Positions 1-8,906 of a stretch of 64,000 nt of DNA are shown in pieces (position 1 is the first letter of the stretch; each line of letters opens with the position of its first letter). A program made the translations under genes and the position numbers. The notes below the pieces were generated by a model. The model was not told the origin of the DNA, ran no database searches, and was given only the letters and a program-made list of their open reading frames with translations. The DNA lies in the NCBI GenBank assembly GCA_964620445.1, contig CAZUHB010000015.1, positions 11,157 to 75,156 on the forward strand, given 5' to 3'. The DNA comes from an uncultured Phycisphaerales bacterium (lineage in GTDB: Bacteria > Planctomycetota > B15-G4 > CAYZWU01).

Positions 1-60
1 AACCCGCACGAAGTTGCGCGAAACCGCACGAAGTTGCGCGAACCCGCACGAAGTTCGATC
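1..60. repeat. Tandem direct repeat, 20-bp unit 'aacccgcacgaagttgcgcg' x ~3; the third copy is degenerate. The array may continue upstream of the window.
   Basis: Read directly: 1-20, 21-40 and 41-60 are near-identical units with no spacers. Confidence 0.8.
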
Positions 61-197
61 GCGCGAGGTCTGTCGCATCTGTCTATTTGGTTAACATAAA
101 ACGACTTTCGTATTTCACTCGCCCGGATCTGTTTTTGCTCGATCCCCTCGGGTCGAGCACACACCTTTATCGGCCGCACCGCGAAAGGAGAGTCGTT

Positions 198-1277
198 ATG
201 AAAGTCATCAGACAGCGAACCGGTTACCGGGGGTGGATCATCCTCCCCTTCTTGTTTTTCCTTCTGACCTGTCCGATCACGGCAAAGGACGCGGGGCCCC
301 CGATCGGATCGGCCGCGCCCGCGATCGGGCCGTGCAAGTGGTTCCAGAAAGACAACCCACAGCCCTGCGAGGTCGGGAAGCTGCGCGGCAGGGTCGTGTT
401 GATCCACACGTTCGCGGTCGGTTGCGCGCCCTGAGAGTCGAAAGGCGTTCCGCTGGTAGCGGACACGGTCAGGGCCAACAGAGACAGGGGGCTGGCGGCG
501 ATCTCTCTCACGGCCTACAATCCCGAACTCGGCCAGCTCCTCACCCGGAATCGGGTCACCCACCCGGTCGGCATGATGTCGGTGCTCACCAAATCGTGCC
601 CTTATGTCGACGTGGGAAGGAATGGATTCACCTACCTGTTCGTCGTGGGTCGCGACGGGACGATCGTCTGGCGGGGTAACCACACCGTCAAGGACAAGGA
701 GTTTCTCAAGGCGGTGGGCCGGGCGCTGGCCGTGAATGAAGCACCGCCGATCGGGAAGGTGCTTTCTCCCGCGCTCGATAGCGCAGTGGCCCGTTACGCG
801 GAGAGCCGGTTTTTCCAGAGCCGCACCGCGGCGCAGAAGGTGCTCGACAAGCACGCGTCGAAGTCGAGTGAGTCTTCGGCAAAGATCGCGCGGGATGCAG
901 CTTTTCTCATCGAACGGATCGACGCGTATTCTGCTGAGCTCCTCGAGGAGATGGCAGCGGCCCGCGAGAGCGGATCGGCCCTGGCGTTCGTCGAGGCGGC
1001 CCGGAGGCTGACGATCGGTTTTTCGAAATCGATCTCGGCCCGGAAGGTGCGGGAACTGGAGAAACAGGCTCTCGCCGACCGCCAGTTCGCGGCAAGGATC
1101 AAGGTCGCGCGCGAATGGCTCGAACTGGCCGAAAAACGGCCGGTCCTCTTTCCCGCCCGCGCGGACAGGGCGTCGAAGACATTCGCAAAAAAGCTGGGGA
1201 AGTTCGTGAAACAAAACAAGGGATCCGCGCCCGCGCAGGAAGCGCAGAAGCTGCTCGAGCGTTTCGCCAGCTCGTGA
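198..1277 (+). CDS. Thioredoxin-fold thiol:disulfide oxidoreductase (TlpA/ResA/redoxin-like) with an in-frame UGA at 432-434, a candidate CxxU selenoprotein. It carries an N-terminal signal/TM segment and a C-terminal alpha-helical extension.
   Basis: ORFs 87-434 and 573-1277 share one frame with no other stop between them. The motif reads ...GRVVLIHTFAVGCAP-TGA-ESKGVPLVA..., matching the TlpA 'vvLvnFWAsWCxPC' region with the second Cys position replaced by TGA. The downstream stretch (...HPVGMMSV..YVDVGRNGFTYLFVVGRDGTIVW) matches the TlpA C-terminal half, so the fold is intact across the UGA. The likely start is ATG 198, preceded by aaaggaga. Confidence 0.6.
435..470 (+). ncRNA. Candidate bacterial SECIS-like hairpin immediately 3' of the in-frame UGA. 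This is a cis-element within the mRNA, not a separate gene.
   Basis: Stem 449-453 (uccgc) pairs with 459-463 (gcgga), with apical loop UGGUA and extendable G447:C464. It begins about 13 nt after the UGA, similar to the spacing of E. coli fdhF-type SECIS elements. Confidence 0.35.
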
Positions 1278-1316
1278 TTTCCAACGGAACGGACCGTCCC
1301 GTCAGTTCTCGAGCCC

Positions 1317-1550
1317 TCAGCCCTCGCTGTCGGCCGGCCCCTCGGCGTCGGCCGGTTTTTCGGCGTCGGTCGGCTTTTGTGTGTCTGCCGGTCTCGAGGC
1401 CTTTTGAATCACCTTCAGGAGTTCGGCAAGCTCCTCGTCGGTCAAGGCCTGGCCGCACAGCTCTGCGATGACCGGAAAGATGTGCCGTATGAAGGCGCTC
1501 TTCTTGCTTTCCGTCAGTTTAGGAAGAACCTTCCTAAGCCCCCACTCCAT
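1317..1550 (-). CDS. Small hypothetical acidic protein, 77 aa.
   Basis: ORF only. It has a Pro/Ala/Asp/Glu-rich C-terminus and no recognisable motifs. Confidence 0.3.
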   Translation of the reverse strand: MEWGLRKVLPKLTESKKSAFIRHIFPVIAELCGQALTDEELAELLKVIQKASRPADTQKPTDAEKPADAEGPADSEG

Positions 1551-1574
1551 GATACGGGGCTCTTCGACTCAAGC

Positions 1575-2051
1575 TCATCCGCTGTCGTCGGCAGTGTTGT
1601 CGGTGGTGCTTTCAGGTTCGGTCTTGGCAGCGGACTGGCCCATCATCTGTTGCATCATCTTCATGGGATTGAAGTTCTTCTTTCCGCCCAAGCCGCCCAT
1701 TCCGCCCATGCCACCCATACCCATCATGGGGCCGCGGCCGGGCTGGCCGCCCTGCGGTGCCTCGTGCTTGTGCGCGCCGTGCATCATGTCTTTCATGAAC
1801 ATCATGCACATCATGTTCATCATCGACATGGTCATGCGGGGCAGCATGTCCCACTCGGCGGAATCTTTCGACCCGTCGGGGAACGATTTTGCGAAGGTCT
1901 TTTCGAAGAAGCCCTTCTTGTCGTCCTCCGATAGACCCTCGGAGCATTTGTCGAAGATCTTCTGCATCATGCTCATCCGGTCTTCGCTGCACATCTTGCC
2001 GATCATCTCGTCTATGAACTCGAACATCTTATCCATTGGTCCGTCCTCCAA
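1575..2051 (-). CDS. Methionine-rich cytoplasmic protein, about 19% Met, with MGG repeats and an M/H cluster.
   Basis: Translation contains MMGMGGMGGMGGLGG, MSMMNMMCMMFMKDMMHGAHKH and MKMMQQMMGQ. There is no signal peptide. Confidence 0.5.
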   Translation of the reverse strand: MEDGPMDKMFEFIDEMIGKMCSEDRMSMMQKIFDKCSEGLSEDDKKGFFEKTFAKSFPDGSKDSAEWDMLPRMTMSMMNMMCMMFMKDMMHGAHKHEAPQGGQPGRGPMMGMGGMGGMGGLGGKKNFNPMKMMQQMMGQSAAKTEPESTTDNTADDSG

Positions 2052-2145
2052 TCGGGTATGCGCACGGTTGGCGCGCAGACGGTTACCTTACCATACCTGA
2101 TTCATGTTTTCGTCCAAACCGAAAGATTCAATAAGCGCAAACCGG

Positions 2146-5100
2146 TCAGGGAGTCGCCTCGATGAACATCTGATCCACGTAGATCCAATCCTTGATCCTG
2201 TTGCCCTTTGTTCTGTCCAGATCGAAAACCTTGATGTAAACGGTCCCCGAGATCGACGCCGGCAGCGAGAAGGTCTGAGGCGTGTCGTCATCGGAGGTCT
2301 TGGTGACGGTCACGATGTTCATGTAGTTCACGTCATCGGTGGAGTAGGCGAAAACGAAATCATCTCCTTCGGTGTTGAAAGTATGATAGGCCTCCACCGA
2401 GAAGGTGTACGCGCTCGACCCGCCCACGACATCGATCGTCCATTTGTGCTCCAGCCTGGACCTGTTCGTCGATCGTTCCTTGATTCCCTCGTAGACATCG
2501 TCCGAGGCGAGAGTGTCGGCGTAGCTGCCGCTGATTCCGCCATTGCTCACAGGAATGTCCATGGCGGCGAAGAAGACGAGCGGCGCGCTTCCCGTGACGA
2601 AGGACCAGATGGGCCCCGCCGTCGATTTCCCCCGGTTGTCGTGAGCCACGACCTGCCAGTAGTACTGCGTGTTCTCACTCAGTATTCCTGGGTCGTAGGT
2701 GATCGACGTCTGCGTGGCAGGGTAGCTCGGCGTCGTGTCGAAATAGGCCGGTGGCGATGACTCGCCGAGATAGACCTCGTAGTACACCGTGTCGATGCTG
2801 TTCGGATCGCCGCCGTTCCAGCTCAGATCGGAATAGACATCGACGCCCGTGGCGCCGTCAGCCGGTACGGGATTCGATGCCGCGTAGGGCGGGTCGTTCT
2901 CGGGCGGCGATCCCGTACCCTGAATGTACATGTGATCGATGAAGATCGTGTCGCGGAACTTGTTCCGCTTGGTGCGGTCCGTATCGAGCGCCCTGATGTA
3001 GACCGTTCCCGAGAGCGAGGTGGGCAGCACGAAGGACTGATAGGAACCGTCGTCGGACGTTTTGGTCACCGTCACCATGTTGGTGTAGCCTACGTTGTCC
3101 GTGGAGTAGGCGAAGATAAAATCATCACCCTCGGAGTTGGCCGTGTGATGGGCTTCCAGATAGAAGACGTAAGAACTCAAACCGCCGGTGACGTTGACGG
3201 TCCACTTGTGCTCCAGGAAAGAGCGGTTGGAGACCTGTTCGGCGATCGCCTCGTAGCTGTCGTCCGACGCGAAGGTATAGGTGTAGTTGCCCGAAATGCC
3301 GCCATTGGCGCCGGCGATATCCTGACCGGCGTAGAAATCCTCGGGTTGCGCCTCTTGCGTGGTGAAGCTCCAGACCGGTCCTGTCGTGGATATGCCGTGG
3401 TTGTCCCAGGCCACGATCTGCCAGAAGTGCTGGGTGTTCGCGGCGAGTGTCCCGGGATCGTAGGTGATCCGCGTCGTGTTCGCGGGGTATGTCGCCGTGG
3501 TATCGAAGAGCGGCGGAGGGGATGACTCGCCGAGGTAGATCTCATAGTAGACCGTGTCGGCGCTGTTCGGATCGCCGCCGTCCCAGGCGAGATCGGCGTT
3601 GGTGTTCACATCGACGGCGCCGTCAGCCGGATCGGGATTGCCCGGCTGATCGGGCGGCAGGTTCGGCTCCAGGGTCGTGAAGGACCAGACCGGGCCTTCG
3701 GTGCTCTCCGCCGAATCGTCTTCGGCCACGATTCTCCAGTAGTACTGGGTATTGTAGGCGAGCGTCCCCGGGTCGTATGAGAGGCTCGTCTGCGTTGCCG
3801 GGTAGGGGCCGATCCGCTCCACGAAACCCGGTGCGGGATCCGTCCCGAAATAGACGTCGTAATAAACCAGGTCGGCCGCGTTCGGATCGCCGCCGTTCCA
3901 GCCCAGGTCCGCGTTGAGGTCCACGCCCACGGCTCCGTCGGACGGAGTCGGACTGGACGGCATGTTGGGGGCGAGGTTGCCGGCCGAGATCCCCGAGATC
4001 ACGAGGGCGAAATCCGCATCGAGATCGGGAGTTTCCACATGGCTGTCCTGGACGATTTCGTCCCCAAAGACCTGCACGGTCCACGTGCCGGCCTCGGGAT
4101 TCTGAATGAACACGTTCTCGACCGTATCGATCGTGTTCGAGTTTCCTCCCGAAGTCGAGGTGTTGTCGCTGCGCAACCCGTTGTTGCCCCAGTAGACCGT
4201 GCTCGACGGCGCGGTCACCTTGAGGGAGAGGTCGTTCACGCGATGATGGGCGGCACCGGGTGTGCCCATTGGATCGGTGTAGACCATTGTCACGTTGAAC
4301 TCCTCCTCTCCCGCGGCCACGTTGACATTGTAGGTTCTGGTTTCGAGAGGGGCGATCAGGTCGCTTTCGTTCACGATCATGGTGAAGGCCGCGCGGTCGT
4401 AGAGATTGCGCACATCGGCCGTACCCCAGCCCTGGATATCTCTGTCGATGTCGCTGTTCGGTCCGCCCTGGGTCCAGTCGTAACGGTAGGCATGGTTGAT
4501 GATCATGGCCTTGGCCGTGGCCATCTCGGGGCGGCTGTCGAAGACCGTGGCGTCGCCCCCGTGGCCGGTCCACACCTGCTCGTGCCACATCTGGAAGAGG
4601 AGGCCGAAATGGCCGGCCGTCTCAGGCGTGGCGGCCGACGTTCCGCCGAAATCCGTGTAGCTCGAATTGCCGGAGCCGTAGGCGGCGCGAATTCCATCGT
4701 AGAAGTAGGCCACATCGGGCTTGACGCGACCGTCCTCGGCCGGACCGATGCTGGCTCCATAGTTCCACCGGTCGTCGGACCGGTCCGCTGTGCCATAGTG
4801 ATAGATCCCGCCCACGGAGACGATGTTCTTCGCCCATGCCTGGGGGCGCGACATCTGATCGCCGGCGTTGCTCTGCGACTGCGTGCTCAGAACAGGGTAC
4901 TGAAAGAGGTAGTCGTCGGTCTCGGCCGAGATCGTGGTGTAGAGCGTGGTGCGCGACGAGCCGACACTCGACGTCTGAAACACGGCGCGGTAGGGTCCCG
5001 CGGGATCGATGAGTTCCTGGTTGGCGTCGTATCGCGATTTCGATCCGCCGAACTGTGACGATTCTGAGTAGAGGAAAAAGATCCCCTGGCCGCTGGGCAC

Positions 5101-6210
5101 GAGGCCGCGCGCGGACGAGTCGACGCCCTGGGCGAAGTTGATGCTGTAGCAACTCGTGCCGTGGTAGCTACCCGAGGTGCCGTTGCTGTGAATGATCGGC
5201 GCGTTGGGCCACTCCTGATGGGTGGTTCTCAGCTCGGTGTCGAAGATCTCGCCGCGAACCCCTTCGCCCGACCAGCCGGTCAGGCCCTCGAGGTAGTCGG
5301 CGCCACCCACGGAGCGCACGATGTTCATATCCATTTCACCTGGGCCGCCCCAGCGGTCGACGTACTGGACGTCGTTGGAGTGCACGACCTCGAGGAGCTG
5401 CTCGTGGGTCAGGGTGGCCTCCATGCGGTAGCCCCCCGGTGTGGTGAAGTGCACCAATCCACCCAGGTTCAGGATCAGGTTGGCCACGTCGACCTGGCGG
5501 TCGTGGTCGCGGCTGCAGACCATGATCGAGTAACGCTGTTCAAGGAGTCTTGGCGCCGCGCCCACAAGGGCTCTCCGCAAAAATTTCTCCACCCGATACT
5601 CGGGGTGGTAAGGGCCTGTCCAACGCACGTAGGGGAGGGCGTCGACCTGTTCCACTTCATTCCGGGATATCTCCACGAGAAAGGTGTGGTCCGTCAGGAA
5701 ACGGTGGATCTGTCCGCCAAGACTCTCGATGTCAAGGCGGTACTCGATCAATGGCGTGGAGATGAACTGTACGAGGTACAGGGAATTCGTCGATCTTGCA
5801 CTCAACGCGTGGGCCACGACCGGTGCCTGCTCGAGGGGATCGAAGGAGTGGTCGCTCATGCGGACGGTGTAGGTTGTCGCCCGCACCCGGCCGTTGATGT
5901 TTTCCCCGTCCCGGCTCACCGCATAAAATGCTTGCGATCTGCCGCTTGGCAGGTTTTCGTCCCAGAGATAGATCTGGATGTCGCTGGCGGGCACGAACTC
6001 GGTTCGAAGGTTTTCGACCTCGCGCGTTGTTCTGTGAAAGACGACTCCGCCGGCGGTGATCAGGCAATTGACACCCGACTGATTCTCCAGGCGGGCTCCG
6101 AGGGCCGCTTCCTGCCTGGAAAGGTTTTCACCCGCCCGGAGCGAGCCGGCAAAGCACAGCAGAGAAATCAAGACGAAAAACAGCAGGGGATTCTTGAATA
6201 GGGGGTTCAC
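2146..6210 (-). CDS. Secreted subtilisin-like serine peptidase (S8 family). It has three fibronectin-III-like repeats and two copies of a roughly 150-aa C-terminal beta-sandwich domain.
   Basis: Signal peptide MNPLFKNPLLFFVLISLLCFAGSLRA. S8 triad motifs appear in order: IFDTE (Asp), SYHGTSCYS (His) and FGGTSAATPE (Ser, GTSxAxP). The FN3-like units follow the pattern P.DGA.GV...L.W.GGDPN..VYY.VY.G...YDPG.L...T.YYW..VA.D..GPVWSF.T, three times. The 'GGISG.Y..T.ASDD.YE...E..NRS.LEHKWT..V.GG' domain occurs twice, which shows as nucleotide-level repeats at about 2146-2560 and 2930-3340. Confidence 0.85.
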   Translation of the reverse strand: MNPLFKNPLLFFVLISLLCFAGSLRAGENLSRQEAALGARLENQSGVNCLITAGGVVFHRTTREVENLRTEFVPASDIQIYLWDENLPSGRSQAFYAVSRDGENINGRVRATTYTVRMSDHSFDPLEQAPVVAHALSARSTNSLYLVQFISTPLIEYRLDIESLGGQIHRFLTDHTFLVEISRNEVEQVDALPYVRWTGPYHPEYRVEKFLRRALVGAAPRLLEQRYSIMVCSRDHDRQVDVANLILNLGGLVHFTTPGGYRMEATLTHEQLLEVVHSNDVQYVDRWGGPGEMDMNIVRSVGGADYLEGLTGWSGEGVRGEIFDTELRTTHQEWPNAPIIHSNGTSGSYHGTSCYSINFAQGVDSSARGLVPSGQGIFFLYSESSQFGGSKSRYDANQELIDPAGPYRAVFQTSSVGSSRTTLYTTISAETDDYLFQYPVLSTQSQSNAGDQMSRPQAWAKNIVSVGGIYHYGTADRSDDRWNYGASIGPAEDGRVKPDVAYFYDGIRAAYGSGNSSYTDFGGTSAATPETAGHFGLLFQMWHEQVWTGHGGDATVFDSRPEMATAKAMIINHAYRYDWTQGGPNSDIDRDIQGWGTADVRNLYDRAAFTMIVNESDLIAPLETRTYNVNVAAGEEEFNVTMVYTDPMGTPGAAHHRVNDLSLKVTAPSSTVYWGNNGLRSDNTSTSGGNSNTIDTVENVFIQNPEAGTWTVQVFGDEIVQDSHVETPDLDADFALVISGISAGNLAPNMPSSPTPSDGAVGVDLNADLGWNGGDPNAADLVYYDVYFGTDPAPGFVERIGPYPATQTSLSYDPGTLAYNTQYYWRIVAEDDSAESTEGPVWSFTTLEPNLPPDQPGNPDPADGAVDVNTNADLAWDGGDPNSADTVYYEIYLGESSPPPLFDTTATYPANTTRITYDPGTLAANTQHFWQIVAWDNHGISTTGPVWSFTTQEAQPEDFYAGQDIAGANGGISGNYTYTFASDDSYEAIAEQVSNRSFLEHKWTVNVTGGLSSYVFYLEAHHTANSEGDDFIFAYSTDNVGYTNMVTVTKTSDDGSYQSFVLPTSLSGTVYIRALDTDRTKRNKFRDTIFIDHMYIQGTGSPPENDPPYAASNPVPADGATGVDVYSDLSWNGGDPNSIDTVYYEVYLGESSPPAYFDTTPSYPATQTSITYDPGILSENTQYYWQVVAHDNRGKSTAGPIWSFVTGSAPLVFFAAMDIPVSNGGISGSYADTLASDDVYEGIKERSTNRSRLEHKWTIDVVGGSSAYTFSVEAYHTFNTEGDDFVFAYSTDDVNYMNIVTVTKTSDDDTPQTFSLPASISGTVYIKVFDLDRTKGNRIKDWIYVDQMFIEATP

Positions 6211-6482
6211 GAGGGACTCTCCTTCCTTGAGCTGATTGAAAAGAGCGATTCGGTTGGTTCGCTTTCGCGTCTCGCGAGAGAGGATCTTCTTTTCCCGATT
6301 GAAATCAATACCAGCTGTCTGGTCTAAAGTTGCTGGTAAATAGGCTGCTTCTACTATTTATTTATACACATAAGACAGTGAAATGCCAAGCGTAAACCGC
6401 TGAAACGACTCTGTTGCCCGACCGTGCGGCGTGTACCGCAATCGAGACCGGTTTCCGCGAGCAACCCGGGAGAAATGGCGGC

Positions 6483-7364
6483 ATGAACAAGAAAACAGTC
6501 CGGAATCAGTTCGTCCGGTTCGCCGGTGCCGATGCGCTCGATCGTTTCATGGACGCCCTTCACAACAAACCCGCCTGCCGGACGCGCCTCCTCTACTGGC
6601 AGGAGAAACTCTGGGAGGATTTCCGTGCGCGCCAACGGATCGATGCGCTCGCCCACGATCGGATCCTCGATCTGTTCACCTACTGCCATCGGCACGATCG
6701 TGATCTGGAAGCCGGCATCCCGGAGGAGATCGGGGCCTATCACGCCGCGATGAGCGAGAAGGGCTCCTACTTCCTGCGCGAGGCGTTCCGCCGGGTGGAG
6801 GCGCGCTCCTTCCCGTTCGCCGTCCATCGCGAAACCGGGTCGGATCGATCCCGCCCGGACCGGTCCTCGCACTGCGCGGCCTGCTGCGACGCGCTGCTCC
6901 GTTTCATGAACAAGGCGCACCAGGCGCGCATGACACTTGCCGACTATGACAAGTACGTGTGCGACCTGGAGGAAGAGATCCTCGAGATCTACGATCGGCT
7001 GGGCGACGAATCGGAGGTGGGGCGGCTCGAGGGATTGGGCCTCTACTTCCTCGAACGGCGCGTCACGGCGGCGGCATCGGACCCTGTCCTCGCCGGCCTG
7101 GCGTCGAACCTCGACGAGACGGGCAGGCGGCTCCTGAGCGCCGCCGACCTCCTTCTGGACGAAGCGCCTCTTCGGAGTCTGCGCGCCTTCGTCGAAGGGG
7201 AGCGCGCCCGATCGGAGGGGGCTCCGATCGACGCCGCCCGGAACCTGGAAGAGCTCGCCGCGCTCTTCGATCTGGAGGCCGGCGCCGAGGCGGACCGCCC
7301 GATCCTGAAAAACTGCCAGTGGTTGTACATCGTCCTCTGTGAATTCCACAAAGAGACGGGCTGA
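6483..7364 (+). CDS. Hypothetical protein, probably cytoplasmic.
   Basis: Long ORF with start MNKKTV preceded by gggagaa. No recognisable domain. Confidence 0.45.
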   Translation: MNKKTVRNQFVRFAGADALDRFMDALHNKPACRTRLLYWQEKLWEDFRARQRIDALAHDRILDLFTYCHRHDRDLEAGIPEEIGAYHAAMSEKGSYFLREAFRRVEARSFPFAVHRETGSDRSRPDRSSHCAACCDALLRFMNKAHQARMTLADYDKYVCDLEEEILEIYDRLGDESEVGRLEGLGLYFLERRVTAAASDPVLAGLASNLDETGRRLLSAADLLLDEAPLRSLRAFVEGERARSEGAPIDAARNLEELAALFDLEAGAEADRPILKNCQWLYIVLCEFHKETG

Positions 7365-7388
7365 TCGAACGATGGCGCGCGCCGGTTT

Positions 7389-8906
7389 CTATAGCAGCTC
7401 GAGCTTCAACCGCTCGAGCACCTTGCCCAGGTCGATCGCATAGGTCCAGTTCTCCTGCTCCTGACCCTCGCGGAGACGTTCCTGCCAGCCTCCCCAGAGA
7501 AGCGCCACCGGGCGGCGCTCGCCGTCGTCGGTCACCAGCACCTTGCCGCTGTCGCCCTTCCACGAGAAGGCCTTGCCATCCTCGCCGATCACCAGAAGGT
7601 CGGTGTAGCGGCTGTAGTCGGCGTCGTGGTACTCGTAGGCGTATCCCACGATCGTGCCGCGCTGCACGCCGCGTGTCCGGCCTACACTGACCACCTTCTG
7701 GTTAATGATGTCCATCGTGTTCGCATCGATTTTGAGCAGGGGGCCGACGTCGCCGAGCGCGTGCAGGCCGCCCTGAAGATAGGATTCGAGATCATCGTTC
7801 AGCTCCACGTAGCCGCAATCGCATCGAACCGTCGAGAGTTCCTCATCGATCACGTTGTCGTACCAGCTCTTGTCGTCGGAGTACTCCAGAGTGCTGTACG
7901 TCCTGCCGATGGCGTATTGAAAGTGCCAGGGGTGGTAGATTCTCCGGCCGGGAGCGTCGGCCACATGCTGGTTGGTCAGAAAGCCCTTGGTATTCCGATC
8001 GTTGTGGCGCACCGCGATGCCGGCTGTGCCCACGTAGGCGAACTGGTTCATCTCGATGCCGTTCTGGAACGCCGCGATCTGGATTCCGCCGATGAGACCG
8101 ATGCGGCCCGATTTCAGCTCTTCCACGACGATCTCGTTCTCCTCGCTCAGCGGCGGCAACGGATCCATCTCCTCGAGCGACTGTGCTTTGCCACCGGTCA
8201 CCACATCGGTCAGGCACCAGAGCCCGTCCGGTCCATCCAGCAATTCGGGCGCCTTCTGCTCCTCGGGAACGAGCCAGGTCGCCAGTTTTTGCGGCACGAA
8301 AATGATCACGCAGGGATGGTCGGTCTGCTGGTTGTTGGTCCATTTGAAACCGAGCGCCGTGCCCAGGTTGCCGTTGATCGCCTCGATCTTCTGGCGATTG
8401 GCCTCGCGGATGCGGAGCAGGTCGTTGAGGGTTTTGGCCTCCTTGTCCGTGTCCCTGTCGACCGTGGTTCCCGGCACCTCGACGATCCGCGCCTGGTAGA
8501 GCGTGTCGCCCTCGAGAAAGCCCTCCACCCCGACGGTCTGATTCATGTACTCGGCGAGGTTGAGCCTGACGTAGCGCTTTTCGTTCCTCCCGTGGACGAA
8601 ACACTCGATCGTTCTGCTCGAAACGCTCGGTTCGCTCTGCCACTGGATGAGGTTGAACCCGACCACGCGGCCTTTGATCGTTTGAATCCCCTCCTCGGGA
8701 AGGAGTTTCACTTTTCCCGCGTTCCACAGATCGCCGTGGAGCATCCCCGATACCTCGATCATTTTGCCCTCATACTGTGTGAGCACGAGGGGCTCCGGTT
8801 TCTGGGCCGCCTGCATCGACGTCTTCCAGCAGGAGACGGTCTTTCCCTGATAGAGAATCGAGTTGTAGCCGACCGCTCGTCCCTGAATCTTTACCATTCC
8901 GTTCAT
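7389..8906 (-). CDS. Cytoplasmic protein with a C-terminal trypsin-like (S1/PA-clan) serine-peptidase domain and two N-terminal repeated beta-rich modules.
   Basis: C-terminal motifs TNQHV (His), GDSGKVLV...ALLWGG (GDSG serine motif). There is no signal peptide. The start is MNGMVKIQ at 8906 with a GGAGG RBS. Two similar N-terminal modules read (V/T)IKGR.VG(Y/F)N.I.(Y/W)Q. GC is somewhat lower than in neighbouring genes. Confidence 0.55.
   Translation of the reverse strand: MNGMVKIQGRAVGYNSILYQGKTVSCWKTSMQAAQKPEPLVLTQYEGKMIEVSGMLHGDLWNAGKVKLLPEEGIQTIKGRVVGFNLIQWQSEPSVSSRTIECFVHGRNEKRYVRLNLAEYMNQTVGVEGFLEGDTLYQARIVEVPGTTVDRDTDKEAKTLNDLLRIREANRQKIEAINGNLGTALGFKWTNNQQTDHPCVIIFVPQKLATWLVPEEQKAPELLDGPDGLWCLTDVVTGGKAQSLEEMDPLPPLSEENEIVVEELKSGRIGLIGGIQIAAFQNGIEMNQFAYVGTAGIAVRHNDRNTKGFLTNQHVADAPGRRIYHPWHFQYAIGRTYSTLEYSDDKSWYDNVIDEELSTVRCDCGYVELNDDLESYLQGGLHALGDVGPLLKIDANTMDIINQKVVSVGRTRGVQRGTIVGYAYEYHDADYSRYTDLLVIGEDGKAFSWKGDSGKVLVTDDGERRPVALLWGGWQERLREGQEQENWTYAIDLGKVLERLKLELL

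Noticed and set aside
1-60. Possible CRISPR array.
   Set aside because: The repeats are directly adjacent with no spacers, and no cas genes are nearby. It is a simple tandem repeat.
87-434. Treating 87-434 as a separate truncated gene and 573-1277 as an independent gene.
   Set aside because: Both share one frame with a single TGA between them, and the thioredoxin fold is split across the two, so one read-through gene (or one pseudogene) is the better model.
1317-2051. ORFs 1317-1550 and 1575-2051 are in the same minus-strand frame and separated by TGA, so possibly a second selenoprotein.
   Set aside because: Two TGA codons occur within 9 nt (1575-1577 and 1569-1571 on the minus strand) and there is no fold continuity across them. 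The frame agreement is coincidental.
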